This document shows, in pieces, positions 41,676 to 52,249 of a stretch of DNA of 64,000 nt (positions are counted from its first letter, which is position 1; each line of letters starts with the position of its first letter). The stretch is from an uncultured Chloroflexia bacterium. Its GTDB lineage: Bacteria; Chloroflexota; Limnocylindria; Limnocylindrales; CSP1-4. The translations under genes were made by a program, and so were the position numbers. The stretch covers positions 64,001 to 128,000 of the forward strand of contig CAVVCZ010000002.1 of NCBI GenBank assembly GCA_963746845.1, given 5' to 3'. The notes under the pieces were generated by a model. It worked only from the letters and a program-made list of their open reading frames with translations, was not told the origin of the DNA and made no database searches.

Positions 41676-42222
41676 CGCCAAGCTCCGATCGAAGACGGCC
41701 AAGCAATCGGGCCAGTCGAGCCCGGGTGCCGGAGGGGCTCATGTGCAGAGCGCGTGCCAGCTCTGTGGAATCGAATCCGGCGACATAACGCAGCGCAATC
41801 AGGGCGCGGTCCTCGGGACTCATTCCGGCGAGGGCATTGCGGAGGTCGATGTCGCCGACGCGGGAGCCGGGATCCGAGGGGGTTGTCGCTGATGGATCGC
41901 GGGCGACCGAGATCTCGAGCACCCGACCCCGCCGCCGGCGACGCGCCAGCTGTCGGGCTTCGTTGACGGCGATCGAGATGAGCCAGGGCCGAAGACGCTC
42001 GGGATCACGGATCGTGTCCAGCTTTCGCCAGGCGATCGGCCAGGCGGACTGGACCGCCTCCTCGGTGAGCTCGGCATCGCCGCCCGTGACCACGAAGCAG
42101 ACGCTGCTCATGTCCGCGTGATGCGCGTCAACGAGCCCAGCGAAGGCGAGCTCGTCGCCGTCCGCGGCGAGGCGCATCAGCCCGGCCAAGGTCTCGGTCG
42201 CGCTTCCGGTCATGGTCACCAT
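41668..42222 (-). CDS. ECF RNA polymerase sigma factor
   Basis: AADGDELAF, EEAVQSAW, RPWLISIAVNEAR, SGTRARLAR. Confidence 0.92.
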   Translation of the reverse strand: MVTMTGSATETLAGLMRLAADGDELAFAGLVDAHHADMSSVCFVVTGGDAELTEEAVQSAWPIAWRKLDTIRDPERLRPWLISIAVNEARQLARRRRRGRVLEISVARDPSATTPSDPGSRVGDIDLRNALAGMSPEDRALIALRYVAGFDSTELARALHMSPSGTRARLARLLGRLRSELGDG

Positions 42223-42389
42223 CGCCCGATAGATGCACGAGACCGCCGGGGTGATTCATGCGTTGCCATGCCGGGGCGATCGTGCGCGGCCGGGACCACG
42301 GTGTCGATTCCTGCCCTCTTGCGCTCCGTCCGCATATGCGTATACTGCTACGTATAGTTACTCCGCTCGATGAGAGTTACGATGCTGAC

Positions 42390-42908
42390 GTGCCGAACAA
42401 GACGATCTATGTCTCCGACGGGGACCTCAAGCTCTACCAGCGCGCGCAGGAGCTCGCCGGTGGCAACCTCTCGGCCGCCATCGTCGCGGCGCTCCGTCGC
42501 TATGTCGACGTCGAGGAGGGCCGCCGGGAAGGCTTCGACGAGATCACCGTTCGGCTCGAGTCGAAGCCTCGTCGGAAGGTCCGGTTCACCGGCGTCCTTC
42601 TCGGCGAGTGGGCCAACACGTCACCCAGTCGCGTGGAACACTTCCGGGTCTACCGGGGTCGGTCGGGCAAGTACGTGCTCCACATCGAACGCGGCCCGAC
42701 CTACACGATGGTCGATGCCGCGGGCAAACCCGCCGGCTGGCGGGGCTACCTCGGGATCGGGAACATCAGCTACGGGTCGGCGCCCGGCGAATCGACCATC
42801 GAGGTTGTCGACACCCTCGAGGAGCTTCGCGAGCGGATCCCGCCGCAGCTCTTCGACATGGTCTCCGGCTTCGCCCAGCAGCCCGCCGTGGTCGACCTGG
42901 ACATCTGA
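42390..42908 (+). CDS. EXLDI family protein
   Basis: MPNKTIYVS.....LYQRAQELAGGNLSAAI and C-terminal VDLDI; precedes a DrrAB-type ABC pair, as is usual for this family. Confidence 0.85.
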   Translation: MPNKTIYVSDGDLKLYQRAQELAGGNLSAAIVAALRRYVDVEEGRREGFDEITVRLESKPRRKVRFTGVLLGEWANTSPSRVEHFRVYRGRSGKYVLHIERGPTYTMVDAAGKPAGWRGYLGIGNISYGSAPGESTIEVVDTLEELRERIPPQLFDMVSGFAQQPAVVDLDI

Positions 42909-42947
42909 CCCGGGGCTCCGCCTCTCCCACCAGGCGGGAGGTGCGGC

Positions 42948-43908
42948 ATGACGGCCACCGGGACCCGATCGGCGATCCATGCGTCCGGCCTTCGCAAGTC
43001 GTACGACACGCAGGTCGTCCTCGACGCCATCGACCTGGACGTCGCCGAGGGTACGGTCTACGCGCTGCTCGGGCCGAACGGCGCGGGCAAGACGACGATG
43101 GTCCGGATCCTGTCGACGCTCATCACCGCGGACGGCGGCACCGCGCGAGATCGCAGGCCACTCCATCGCGCACGACCCCGACGCGGTTCGGGCGGTCATC
43201 GGCGTCACCGGCCAGTTCTCCGCGGTCGACGGGCTGTTCACCGGCGAGGAGAACCTCCGGCTGATGGCCGACCTCCGGCATCTCGACAAGGGCGAGGGCC
43301 GCCGCCGCGTCGACGAGCTGCTCGAGCGGTTCGACCTGGTCGAAGCCGCGAAGAAGCCCGCCCAGACCTACTCCGGTGGCATGAAGCGCCGATTGGATCT
43401 GGCGATGACCTTGATCGGCGATCCGCGGATCATCTTCCTCGACGAGCCGACCGCGGGCCTCGATCCCCGCAGTCGTCGCGTGATGTGGCAGATCGTTCGG
43501 GAGCTCGTCGCCGGCGGCGTGACCGTCTTCCTGACGACGCAGGACCTCGACGAGGCGGACCGACTCGCCCATCGGATCGGCGTCCTCGACCGAGGCGTGC
43601 TCGTCGCCGAAGGCACGCCGGACGAGCTCAAGCGGCTCGTTCCCGGCGGTCACATCCGGCTCGCGTTCGCCGACGCGACCGAGCTCGAACGGGCCGCGCG
43701 GACCTTCGACGACGCGTCCCGCGACGACGAGTCGCTGACCCTGCAGGTCCCGAGCGACGGTGGGATCGAGGCGCTGCGCCATCTGCTCGACCGGCTCGAC
43801 GCCGGCGCGATCACGGTCGACGAGGTCTCGATGCAGACTCCCGACCTCGACGACGTCTTCCTGTCCCTGACCGACGAATCCCATGCAGCACCGGTGACCG
43901 TCCGATGA
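42948..43908 (+). CDS. DrrA-like ABC ATP-binding protein (frameshift near 43145)
   Basis: GPNGAGKTT in one frame; YSGGMKRRLDLA and FLDEPTAGLDP in the next. Confidence 0.92.
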
Positions 43909-44696
43909 TCGCGAACACGTACGTCCTGACCGACTCCGCCACGATGCTCCGGCGGAATCTCCGCCGAATGCGCCGCTACCCTTCGCTCACCCTCTTCATC
44001 GCCGGCATCCCCGTCGTCCTCCTGCTGCTGTTCGTGTACGTCCTCGGCGGCACGCTCGGCGCCGGGCTCGGGATCCCGACCGGCGGCCGCGACGACTACC
44101 TGGCCTACGTGATCCCGGGCATCCTCGTGATCACCGTCGCCGGCGCCGGACAGGGGACCGCGATCTCCGTGGCGATGGACATGACCGAGGGGATCATCGC
44201 CCGCTTCCGGACCATGGCCATTGCCCGTGTGTCCGTCCTGACCGGCCACGTCGTCGGCAGCGTCATCCAGACGATGTTGGCCCTGGTGATCGTCACCGCC
44301 GTCGCCCTGCTCATCGGCTTCCGGCCGACGACGGGCCCGCTCGAGTGGCTGGCGGCGGCGGGCCTGCTCGCCCTCACTGCGCTTGCCATCAGCTGGCTCT
44401 GCGTCGCGCTGGGCATGGCCGCGGGCAGCGTCGAGACCGCGAGCAACAGCCCGATGTTCCTCATCCTCCTGCCGTTCCTGAGCAGCGGCTTCGTCCCGAC
44501 CGATTCGATGCCGGATGCCGTGGCCTGGTTCGCCGAGCACCAGCCGTTCACGCCGATCATCGAGACGGTTCGCGGTCTCCTGTTCGGGACGGCGATCGGC
44601 AGCGACGGCGCGGTCGCGGTCGGCTGGTGCCTCGCGATCTCGGTCGCGGGCTATCTCTGGTCGAGACGACTCTACGATCGCCGCTCGGCCGTCTAG
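43905..44696 (+). CDS. DrrB-like ABC-2 permease
   Basis: GIIARFRTM, LSSGFVP..SMP, QPFTPIIE. Confidence 0.92.
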   Translation: MIANTYVLTDSATMLRRNLRRMRRYPSLTLFIAGIPVVLLLLFVYVLGGTLGAGLGIPTGGRDDYLAYVIPGILVITVAGAGQGTAISVAMDMTEGIIARFRTMAIARVSVLTGHVVGSVIQTMLALVIVTAVALLIGFRPTTGPLEWLAAAGLLALTALAISWLCVALGMAAGSVETASNSPMFLILLPFLSSGFVPTDSMPDAVAWFAEHQPFTPIIETVRGLLFGTAIGSDGAVAVGWCLAISVAGYLWSRRLYDRRSAV

Positions 44697-44703
44697 GTCC
44701 GCG

Positions 44704-45069
44704 TCAGGTCTTGCCGTTACCGCCGCGCTTCGAGCGTTTCCGCGCTCGATACCACGCCAGATACTCGAGCAGCTCGTCCCGTTCATCGTCGGTGAGGTCG
44801 GCGAACAGCGCCTCCCCGACGGTGCTCGTGGTGGACGGATCCGATTCGTTGGGCAGCGGGTAGCCGCTCAGGCGGAGCAGCTCTCCGTACGGCACCCTCA
44901 GCGCCTCGCTCAGCTGGTGGAGGACGTGTGGAGATGGCCGCTTGACCGCGTCGTTCTCGAGCCGGTTCAGGTAGGCCGTCGAGATCCCGGCCGCGCGTGA
45001 CGCGTCACCAGCCGACAGTTGGCGAACCTCTCTGGCCTGCCTGAGGACCGCTCCGATCGTCGGTGACAC
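44704..45069 (-). CDS. XRE family HTH regulator
   Basis: IG..LR..RE, AGISTAYLNRLE, PSPHVL; AGGAGAGG RBS. Confidence 0.9.
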   Translation of the reverse strand: MSPTIGAVLRQAREVRQLSAGDASRAAGISTAYLNRLENDAVKRPSPHVLHQLSEALRVPYGELLRLSGYPLPNESDPSTTSTVGEALFADLTDDERDELLEYLAWYRARKRSKRGGNGKT

Positions 45070-45080
45070 GGCGCACCTCT

Positions 45081-45112
45081 CCTACAGTTGGTGACGGAAC
45101 CTACAGTTGACA
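45081..45112. promoter_or_regulatory. Direct-repeat operator CCTACAGTTG-N9-CCTACAGTTG
   Basis: Sits just upstream of the XRE gene; a 30/32-identical inverted copy lies at 56718-56749. Confidence 0.75.
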
Positions 45113-45223
45113 ATAGCACCCCGTGATGATTGAATGCAATGAACGGTATTGGCCGGTGTGTCGCACGGCGTGGCCCTTGTTGCCTCGCTTCCCCGGATGC
45201 CTCGCGCATTGAAGGAGGAAGCC

Positions 45224-45637
45224 TTGGCCATCGATCAGGTCGACCAGACGGTCGTCACCCAGGAGCCAATCACGCCGACCGGTCAACAGACTGTGCGGAC
45301 GGATCACCGGCAGACGGCCGTGAGCGGCCCAGGCGGTTCGGAGATGAGCCGCCGGGTCATCATCCTGGTGTTCGGGCTCATCCAGATCGTCATCGGAGCA
45401 CGGATCGTCCTGCTCCTGCTCGACGCCCGGGAGTCCAACGCCCTCGTCGCCGCCATCCTGAACGTGAGCCAGGTATTCGTGGCCCCGTTCAACGGGATCC
45501 TCCGCACGGACTCTCTCCACGCCGCGGGCTCGGTCCTCGACATCACCGCGATCGTGGCGCTCGTCGGCTGGACGGTCCTCGAGCTGATCGCGCTCTGGGC
45601 GGTCGGCATCTTCCGGCGCGAGCCCGCATCCGCCTGA
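45224..45637 (+). CDS. YggT-like membrane protein
   Basis: GGAGG RBS plus TTG; FGLIQ..IG.R..LLLL.A...N, FVAPF.GI. Confidence 0.75.
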   Translation: MAIDQVDQTVVTQEPITPTGQQTVRTDHRQTAVSGPGGSEMSRRVIILVFGLIQIVIGARIVLLLLDARESNALVAAILNVSQVFVAPFNGILRTDSLHAAGSVLDITAIVALVGWTVLELIALWAVGIFRREPASA

Positions 45638-45747
45638 CCCTCGCCTGACGACCGCCTCTCGCGGTCCCGGTGCGGGCAGGGCTTCGCCCGCAAGACTCCA
45701 GCCGACCCCCGCCCGGGACCGCGGCACACTCGAAAGGAATCAGTTCG

Positions 45748-46014
45748 ATGGGCTTCATCGCATGGATCGTCGTCGGCGCCATCGCCGGCTTCCTTGCCAA
45801 TCAGGTCATGGGCTCGCGTGAGGGCCTGTTGATGATGGTCGTGCTCGGCATCGTCGGCGGTCTGGTCGGCGGCTTCGTTGCCGCGAGCGTCCTCAAGATC
45901 GGATCCGTCAACGGCATCAACATCGAGAGCATCCTGATCGCCACGCTCGGGGCGATCGCCGTGGTCTTTCTGGCGCGGTTCGCCAGCGGATCGCGTCGAA
46001 TGTCGCGCGGCTGA
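45748..46014 (+). CDS. GlsB/YeaQ/YmgE family membrane protein
   Basis: MGFIAWIVVGAIAGFLA...LGIVGGLVGG...ATLGAI. Confidence 0.92.
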   Translation: MGFIAWIVVGAIAGFLANQVMGSREGLLMMVVLGIVGGLVGGFVAASVLKIGSVNGINIESILIATLGAIAVVFLARFASGSRRMSRG

Positions 46015-46101
46015 GCGACTCAACCAGCCATCACCGGGCCGACCCGTCCAGGGTCGGCCCTGCCCGTCATCTGCGGATCGGGTACCCAGTTGGAGCCGAA
46101 C

Positions 46102-46482
46102 ATGAACCAGAATCCCGAGACCCAATCAGCGTCCTCGCCGGCCGTCGCTCCCGACGGGCAGAGCCGACCGGGGGTGGTTGCGGTGCGGGCGTCGCAGGCC
46201 GTCGGTCTCGCTCGTGCGACGGTCCGGACGACGGTCACCCGTCTGCCCGGGACCATGCATGCGACGCGGGCCGGTGCGTCAGCGACCACCAGTGCCCTGC
46301 AGCACTTGCCCGACTCGACCCTTCAGGGGCTCGCCGCGGGCTCGGTCGGCCTCGGTGCCGGGTTCTACCTGGCGGGGTTGCCGCGGTTCGTGGCGGCGGT
46401 CGCCGTCGCGCCGGCGATGATCCTCGGCGCGGCGATCGCGCTGCGTCCGGCCCATCGCCTGGCGGAGGCCGACGGGGCCTGA
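46102..46482 (+). CDS. Hypothetical membrane protein
   Basis: ORF with two C-terminal hydrophobic helices. Confidence 0.6.
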   Translation: MNQNPETQSASSPAVAPDGQSRPGVVAVRASQAVGLARATVRTTVTRLPGTMHATRAGASATTSALQHLPDSTLQGLAAGSVGLGAGFYLAGLPRFVAAVAVAPAMILGAAIALRPAHRLAEADGA

Positions 46483-46495
46483 GTGCGTGGGCCCG

Positions 46496-47428
46496 TCAGG
46501 ACGGGTTCTCCATCAACGCCTGCACGGTCGCGATCGCCTCATCGAGCGAACCGGGTAGCAGGATGCGATCGGCGGCCTTCTCCAGCTCGTGAGCGCGTGG
46601 CCCACCGATCGCCACCTTGAGCGGGCGTGACCCCCGGCCCAACGCCGCAACGACCTCGGCCGTGGCAGCGACATCCGGAGCCGCCACCACGCCGAGGACC
46701 GCGACGGCAGCCGAGGTGGACGCGGCGGCGGTGAGCCAGCCGGTCAGAGGCACGTCGGCGCCCAGGTAGAGAACGCTCACGCCACGCCGCCGCGCGGCGA
46801 CCGCAAACGCGAGCGCACCCAGCTCGTGATGACTGCCCGGTGGCAGGCCGACGATCAGGTCGGGTTCGTCCGTGGACGAGACGGCCTCGTAGAACCGGGC
46901 GAGCCGGCGGCGAACGGTCTCGCTCGCCGCATGCTCCATCGCGACGTCGATCGAGCCCTCTGCCCAGGCGTCACCGACCGCGCGCATGGCCGGGAACACG
47001 ACGCGTTCCATCGTCGACTCGAACCGCTCCGAGGCAAACGCCTCGTCGAGGATGCGCTCCATGGCGGGGATGTCGAGGGCCCGGGTGGCGACGACGAATG
47101 CGTCGATGGCCGCACCGGCTCGGGGTGGGGCGGCGACGACCTCGGAAGGACGGCTCTCGGCCACCGCGTCCGAACGCCTGGCCTGTCGGACGAGCTCGTC
47201 GAGGTCCGTGTCCGCCGCCATCACCCGGGCCGCCGCCTGCCGCGGCCGCATCCCGCCGTGCTCCACGAGGTGGCGCATCGCGATCAGGCGCTCGATCGAC
47301 GCGTCGTCGTACAGGCGATAGCCGCTCTCGGTCCGCGCCGGGTGGACGACCCCGTAGCGCTGCTCCCAGACCCGGACCGTCGGGACCCGCAAGCCGCTGC
47401 GCGCTGCAGCCTGGGCGATCGTGTACAT
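46496..47428 (-). CDS. CarH/LitR-type MerR regulator with B12-binding domain
   Basis: MerR HTH (TVRVWEQRYG, RTESGYRLY), W-x9-EH (WAEGSIDVAMEH), HELG, YLGADVP. Confidence 0.9.
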   Translation of the reverse strand: MYTIAQAAARSGLRVPTVRVWEQRYGVVHPARTESGYRLYDDASIERLIAMRHLVEHGGMRPRQAAARVMAADTDLDELVRQARRSDAVAESRPSEVVAAPPRAGAAIDAFVVATRALDIPAMERILDEAFASERFESTMERVVFPAMRAVGDAWAEGSIDVAMEHAASETVRRRLARFYEAVSSTDEPDLIVGLPPGSHHELGALAFAVAARRRGVSVLYLGADVPLTGWLTAAASTSAAVAVLGVVAAPDVAATAEVVAALGRGSRPLKVAIGGPRAHELEKAADRILLPGSLDEAIATVQALMENPS

Positions 47429-47459
47429 GGTTTGTTGACAGTATCAGCGCGTGGCGCAC

Positions 47460-47487
47460 TTGACAAGGCTTGAACAAACGCAATACA
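47460..47487 (+). promoter_or_regulatory. Probable CarH operator over the divergent promoter
   Basis: TTGACA (47460), TGAACA (47471) and AATACA (47482) at 11-bp periodicity, as in CarH TnnACA direct repeats. Confidence 0.65.
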
Positions 47488-47532
47488 GTCCGCTCATACC
47501 CTCAACAAAGAGTCAACAACCAAGCGGACGAC

Positions 47533-48501
47533 ATGACCATCCAGGACCTCATCGACGACGCGCTCGAGATCGCCGTCATCCCGAGCTTCTCGCGGATCGG
47601 CTACGCGGTCCGGCGACGGCTGTACGACTGGGACCCGACCGCGCCTGGCGCCCTCGAGGGTCGAACGGCTCTCGTCACCGGCCCGACCTCGGGCCTCGGC
47701 CGGGCGGCGGCGGACGAACTCGCCGCGGCCGGCGCGCGGCTGATCCTCGTCGGGCGATCCGAGGAGCGCCTGGTCGCCGTTCGCGATGACCTCGTCCGCA
47801 CCCACGGCGAGGACCGCTTCCGGACCGTCGTCGCCGACCTGGCGTCGCTCGCAGCCGTTCGAAGCGCGGCCGCCCGGATCCTGGCGACCGAACCCCGGCT
47901 CGATGTCGTCATCGACAACGCCGGCGCGATCTTCGCCGGCCGTTCGGAGAGCGTCGATGGCATCGAGTCGACGCTCGCGACGATGGTCGTCGGACCGTTC
48001 GCGCTGATCACGGCAGTGCTGCCGCTGCTCCGTTCGACGGGCGGAGCCCGCGTCGTCGCGGTGACCTCGGGCGGCATGTACGTCCAACCCCTCGATCTCG
48101 ACGACCTCCAGTGGGAGGACCGCCCCTACCAGGGCACGCGCGCGTACGCGGGAGCGAAGCGGGCGCAGGTCTGCCTGACCCGCGAGTGGGCGCGGAGGAT
48201 CCCCGCGGCGGAGGTGACCTTCAACGCGATGCACCCGGGCTGGGCGGACACGCCCGGGATCTCGGCCTCGCTGCCCGGCTTCGCCGACCTGATGCGGCCG
48301 ATCCTGCGGAGCCCGGCCGAGGGCGTGAATACGGCGGTCTGGCTCGCCACCGATCCCGCCGTCGCGACCGTGACCGGCGGCCTCTTCCTCGATCGACGCC
48401 CCCGGCCGTTCGACCGGTGGCCCGGGACCCGTGTCTCCGCCACCGATCGGCGGGCGCTCTGGGACGTCGTCACGCATCTCAGCATCGGAGCTCCTGCATG
48501 A
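47533..48501 (+). CDS. SDR family oxidoreductase
   Basis: TGPTSGLG, NAG, YAGAK, MHPGWADTPG. Confidence 0.92.
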   Translation: MTIQDLIDDALEIAVIPSFSRIGYAVRRRLYDWDPTAPGALEGRTALVTGPTSGLGRAAADELAAAGARLILVGRSEERLVAVRDDLVRTHGEDRFRTVVADLASLAAVRSAAARILATEPRLDVVIDNAGAIFAGRSESVDGIESTLATMVVGPFALITAVLPLLRSTGGARVVAVTSGGMYVQPLDLDDLQWEDRPYQGTRAYAGAKRAQVCLTREWARRIPAAEVTFNAMHPGWADTPGISASLPGFADLMRPILRSPAEGVNTAVWLATDPAVATVTGGLFLDRRPRPFDRWPGTRVSATDRRALWDVVTHLSIGAPA

Positions 48502-48959
48502 CCCGCATCCACGAGCGGATCGAGACGGCCCTGCCCGTCGACGACGCCTTCGACTTCATCGCCGACTTCGCCAACACGGCGGTCTGGGACCCGGGAACCG
48601 TCTCCTCCCGGCCGCACGGCGACGAGCCGCCGGGACCCGGCGCGCGCTACGACCTCGAGGTGCGGATGGGCGGCCGAGTCGCGCCGATGGAGTATCGCGT
48701 CCGCGAGTACCAGCGTCCCCATCGCGTCGTCCTCGTCGGCCGGGGCGCCAACGTCGAAGCCGTCGACGACATCCGGTTCGGGCGCGTCGGTGACCGGACC
48801 GTCGTCGACTACTCCGCCGACATCCGTCTGGGTGGCTGGCTCCGGCTCGTGCAGCCGTTCCTGGGTCGCACGTTCCGGACGATCGGGCGCGATGCCGCGG
48901 CGGGGATGGCCCGAACGCTGGACGCCCGAGCGGCCGCCCCTGAAGCGGCGCCCCGCTGA
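48498..48959 (+). CDS. SRPBCC family protein
   Basis: [28 protein letters not shown]. Confidence 0.85.
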   Translation: MTRIHERIETALPVDDAFDFIADFANTAVWDPGTVSSRPHGDEPPGPGARYDLEVRMGGRVAPMEYRVREYQRPHRVVLVGRGANVEAVDDIRFGRVGDRTVVDYSADIRLGGWLRLVQPFLGRTFRTIGRDAAAGMARTLDARAAAPEAAPR

Positions 48960-50252
48960 TGCGCATCGCGGTGATCGGCGGCGGGATCAGCGGGCTGAGC
49001 GCCGCCTGGGCGTTGCACCGAGAGCACGAGGTCCGGCTGTACGACGCGGAGTCGCCGGTCGGCGGCCACGTCAAGACCGTGACGGTCGACACGCCCGAAG
49101 GTCCGCTTGCCGTCGACATGGGATTCATCGTCCACAACGACGTCACGTACCCGCGGTTCCTGGAACTGATGGCGGAGCTTGGCGTGAAGACGCAGGCCAG
49201 CGACATGTCGTTCGGCCTGACGTGCCGCCGGTGTGACCTGGAGTTCAGCTCCCGCGGTCGCGGTGGCTGGCTGGCCACGCCGGGAGCGGCGTTTCGACCC
49301 GGCTACTGGCGCATGTTCGCGGACGTGCTGCGCTTCTACCGCGACGCGCGGCAGCGGCTCGACACGGGAGCCACGTCCCGGGCGACGCTCGGCGACTACC
49401 TCGACGACCTCGGGTTCGGGCCGGGCTTCCGCGACCACTTCCTCGTCCCGATCACCTCGGCCGTCTGGTCGACGGCGTCGGCACGGGTCCTCGACTTCCC
49501 GATCGACTACCTCCTGCGGTTCCTCGACCACCACGGACTCATCGGCGTTGGTCGCGCACTGCGAGTGGCGGACGATCACCGGCGGGTCGATGACCTACGT
49601 CGAGCGGATCGTCGAGCGCCTCGGGCCGGATGCCGTGCGGGCGGGCGACCCGGTCGTGGACGTCGTCCGGACGGAGGCCGACGTCACGGTTCGGACCGCG
49701 CGCGGCACGAGCGACCGGTTCGACGCCGTCGTGATCGCCGCCCACGCGGACGACGCGTTCCGGATGCTGCGCGACGCGGATGGTCGCGAGCGGGCCGCCC
49801 TGGGAGCGTTCGAGTACTCGAGCAACCGGGTGGTCCTGCACACGGACGCGAGCCTCCTGCCGCGGCGACGGGCCGCGTGGGCCTCGTGGAACGTGGACCA
49901 GGCGGACTGCCGCCGGCCGGGCGACGTCCTGACGATGACCTATCACCAGAACCGCCTGCAGACGCTGCCCGGACCCGCCCAGTACTGCGTCTCGGTCAAC
50001 CCGGATGCCCGTCTGAACCCGGCGACGATCCTCGCGGACCGGACGATGCGCCACCCGCTGTACACGTTCGCGACCCTCGATGCGCAGGCCCGGGTCGGGG
50101 CGCTCCAGGGCTGGCGTCGGACGTTCTATGCCGGCGCCCACCTCGGCTACGGGTTCCACGAGGACGGCTGCCGCTCCGGGTTCGAGGCCGCGGCGTTGGT
50201 CGCGGCCCTCCCGCGCGGCTCCCGTGATGCCGCCGAGGAGCGTGCCGCATGA
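48959..50252 (+). CDS. FAD-dependent amine oxidase/desaturase (UfaD-like; frameshift near 49560)
   Basis: [33 protein letters not shown]. Confidence 0.9.
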
Positions 50253-50990
50253 GGTCGCACCTGCTGGAAGGCGTCGTCCGGCATCGGCGGGCTACGCCGT
50301 TCGTCTACGCGCTGGAGCACCGCGTCGCGTATGTCGCCCTCGACCTCGATGAGCTCGACGCAGTCGAGCGATCGTCGCGGCTGCTGCGTCGCAACCGGCG
50401 CGGGATCGTCGAGGTGCGCGATCGCGACCATCTCGATCCGCCCGCGGACGACCTGCGCGGGGGCGTTCCTCGACCATCTGCGCTCCGAGGGACACGACCC
50501 GACCGGCTGGCGGGTGACCCTCGTCACGAACCCGCGGATCCTCGGCTACGTCTTCAACCCGGCCAGCTTCTTCCTGTGTCGGGATGCGGCGGGCGAGCTC
50601 CAGGTGGTCGTCGTCGAGGTCCACAACACGCACGGCGAGCGCCATTGCTACACGCTCCGCCGGCAGGCCGGGACCTCGACCTTCGCGGCGTCGATGCGCA
50701 AGGAGTTCGACGTCTCGCCGTTCATCGAGATCCGCGGCGGCTACTCCGTCCGCGTCCGCGATGAGGACCGGCGCCTCCGGATCACGATCAACCAGGAGCA
50801 GCCGGAAGGCCTGCTGCTCCACGCGAGCCTGGACCTGGTGCGGCGGCCGCTGACGGACCGAACGCTCCTGCAGATGCTGGTGCGTCACCCCTTCGTGACC
50901 CACCGAACGATCCTGCTGATCCACTGGCACGCGCTCCAGCTGTGGCTGCGCGGCGCCCGATTCCATCGACATCGGGAGGTGGTGCGATGA
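50249..50990 (+). CDS. DUF1365 family protein (UfaO-like; frameshift in the G-run near 50460)
   Basis: HRR..P....EH, LDLDEL, LGYVFNP, EVHNT.GE, VSPF, IHWHAL.LW..G. Confidence 0.9.
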
Positions 50991-52249
50991 CCTCGACCAC
51001 GATCACGGCGCAGCGACCGCCGCTGCTGGGCTCCATCCTCGAACGAGCCGCCTGGCGCGTCGGGCTGGCGGCCGCCGAGCGGATCCGCGTCGGGCGGTTG
51101 ACCGTGGTCCTGCCGGACGGCTCGTCGCGCGCGTTCGGGGACGCCGCCTCCGCCGAGATCGCCGAGATCCGGATCCACAACCTGCAGGCCCTCGTCCGGA
51201 TGCTGCTCCGCGGGGAGCCCGGCGCCGGCGAGGCGTACATGGACGGCCTGTGGTCCAGCCCGGACCTGGCGGCGCTGCTCCGGCTCGCGGCGCGCAACCG
51301 CGACGCCCTGGCCCTGTCGGCAGGCTGGTTCCGCGTCCCGGCCCACCTCGCCCGGACGGCGGCCCACCGGCTGCGACGGAACACGCGCTCCGGCAGCCGG
51401 CGCAACATCGCGGCCCACTACGACCTGGGCAACGACTTCTACCGGCTGTTCCTCGACGAGACGATGACCTATTCGAGCGCGGTGTTCGCGCGCCCGGACC
51501 AGGACCTCGCGGATGCGCAGCGACACAAGTACGCGGTGATGGCCGCCAACGCCGGGCTGGAGCGCGGCCGGCACGTCCTCGAGATCGGCACCGGCTGGGG
51601 CGGCTTCGCCCTGTACGCCGCCGGCGAGCTGGGCTGCCGGGTCACCTCGGTCACGATCTCGCGCGAGCAGCACGAGCTGGCGCGCGAGCGCGTGCGGGCC
51701 GCGGGTCTCGACGACCTCGTCGACATCCAGCTGCGCGATTACCGCGACATCGAGGGCACGTACGACGCGATCGTCTCGATCGAGATGCTCGAGGCGGTCG
51801 GGTCCGAGTACTTCGAGACGTTCTTCGCGGTCTGCGATCGGGCGCTCCGGCCGGGTGGGCGGATGAGCCTCCAATCGATCACGTTCCCCGACGCGGCCTA
51901 CGAGCGGCAGCGTCGCGGCGCGAACTGGATCCAGACGTACATCTTCCCGGGCGGGCTCTGCCCGTCGCTCTCGGTCATCGAGCGCTCGACCCGCGACACG
52001 CGCCTCCTGATCACCGCCGTGACCGACGTCGCCGCCTCGTACGTGCTGACGCTCCGGGCGTGGCGCGAGCGGTTCCTCGCGCGGCTCGACGACGTCCGCG
52101 GGCTGGGCTTCGACGATCGCTTCATCCGGATGTGGGAGTACTACCTCGCGCTCAGCGAGGCGGGCTTCGCGACCGGGATCAGCCAGGACCTCCAGATCGC
52201 GCTGGAGAAGGAGCGCGGCAGCGGCGACGGACGGAAGGCTGGGCGGTGA
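50987..52249 (+). CDS. cfa: Cyclopropane-fatty-acyl-phospholipid synthase family methyltransferase
   Basis: NIAAHYDLGNDFY, LEIGTGWG, SIEMLEAVG, YIFPGG, RMWEYYL. Confidence 0.93.
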   Translation: MTSTTITAQRPPLLGSILERAAWRVGLAAAERIRVGRLTVVLPDGSSRAFGDAASAEIAEIRIHNLQALVRMLLRGEPGAGEAYMDGLWSSPDLAALLRLAARNRDALALSAGWFRVPAHLARTAAHRLRRNTRSGSRRNIAAHYDLGNDFYRLFLDETMTYSSAVFARPDQDLADAQRHKYAVMAANAGLERGRHVLEIGTGWGGFALYAAGELGCRVTSVTISREQHELARERVRAAGLDDLVDIQLRDYRDIEGTYDAIVSIEMLEAVGSEYFETFFAVCDRALRPGGRMSLQSITFPDAAYERQRRGANWIQTYIFPGGLCPSLSVIERSTRDTRLLITAVTDVAASYVLTLRAWRERFLARLDDVRGLGFDDRFIRMWEYYLALSEAGFATGISQDLQIALEKERGSGDGRKAGR

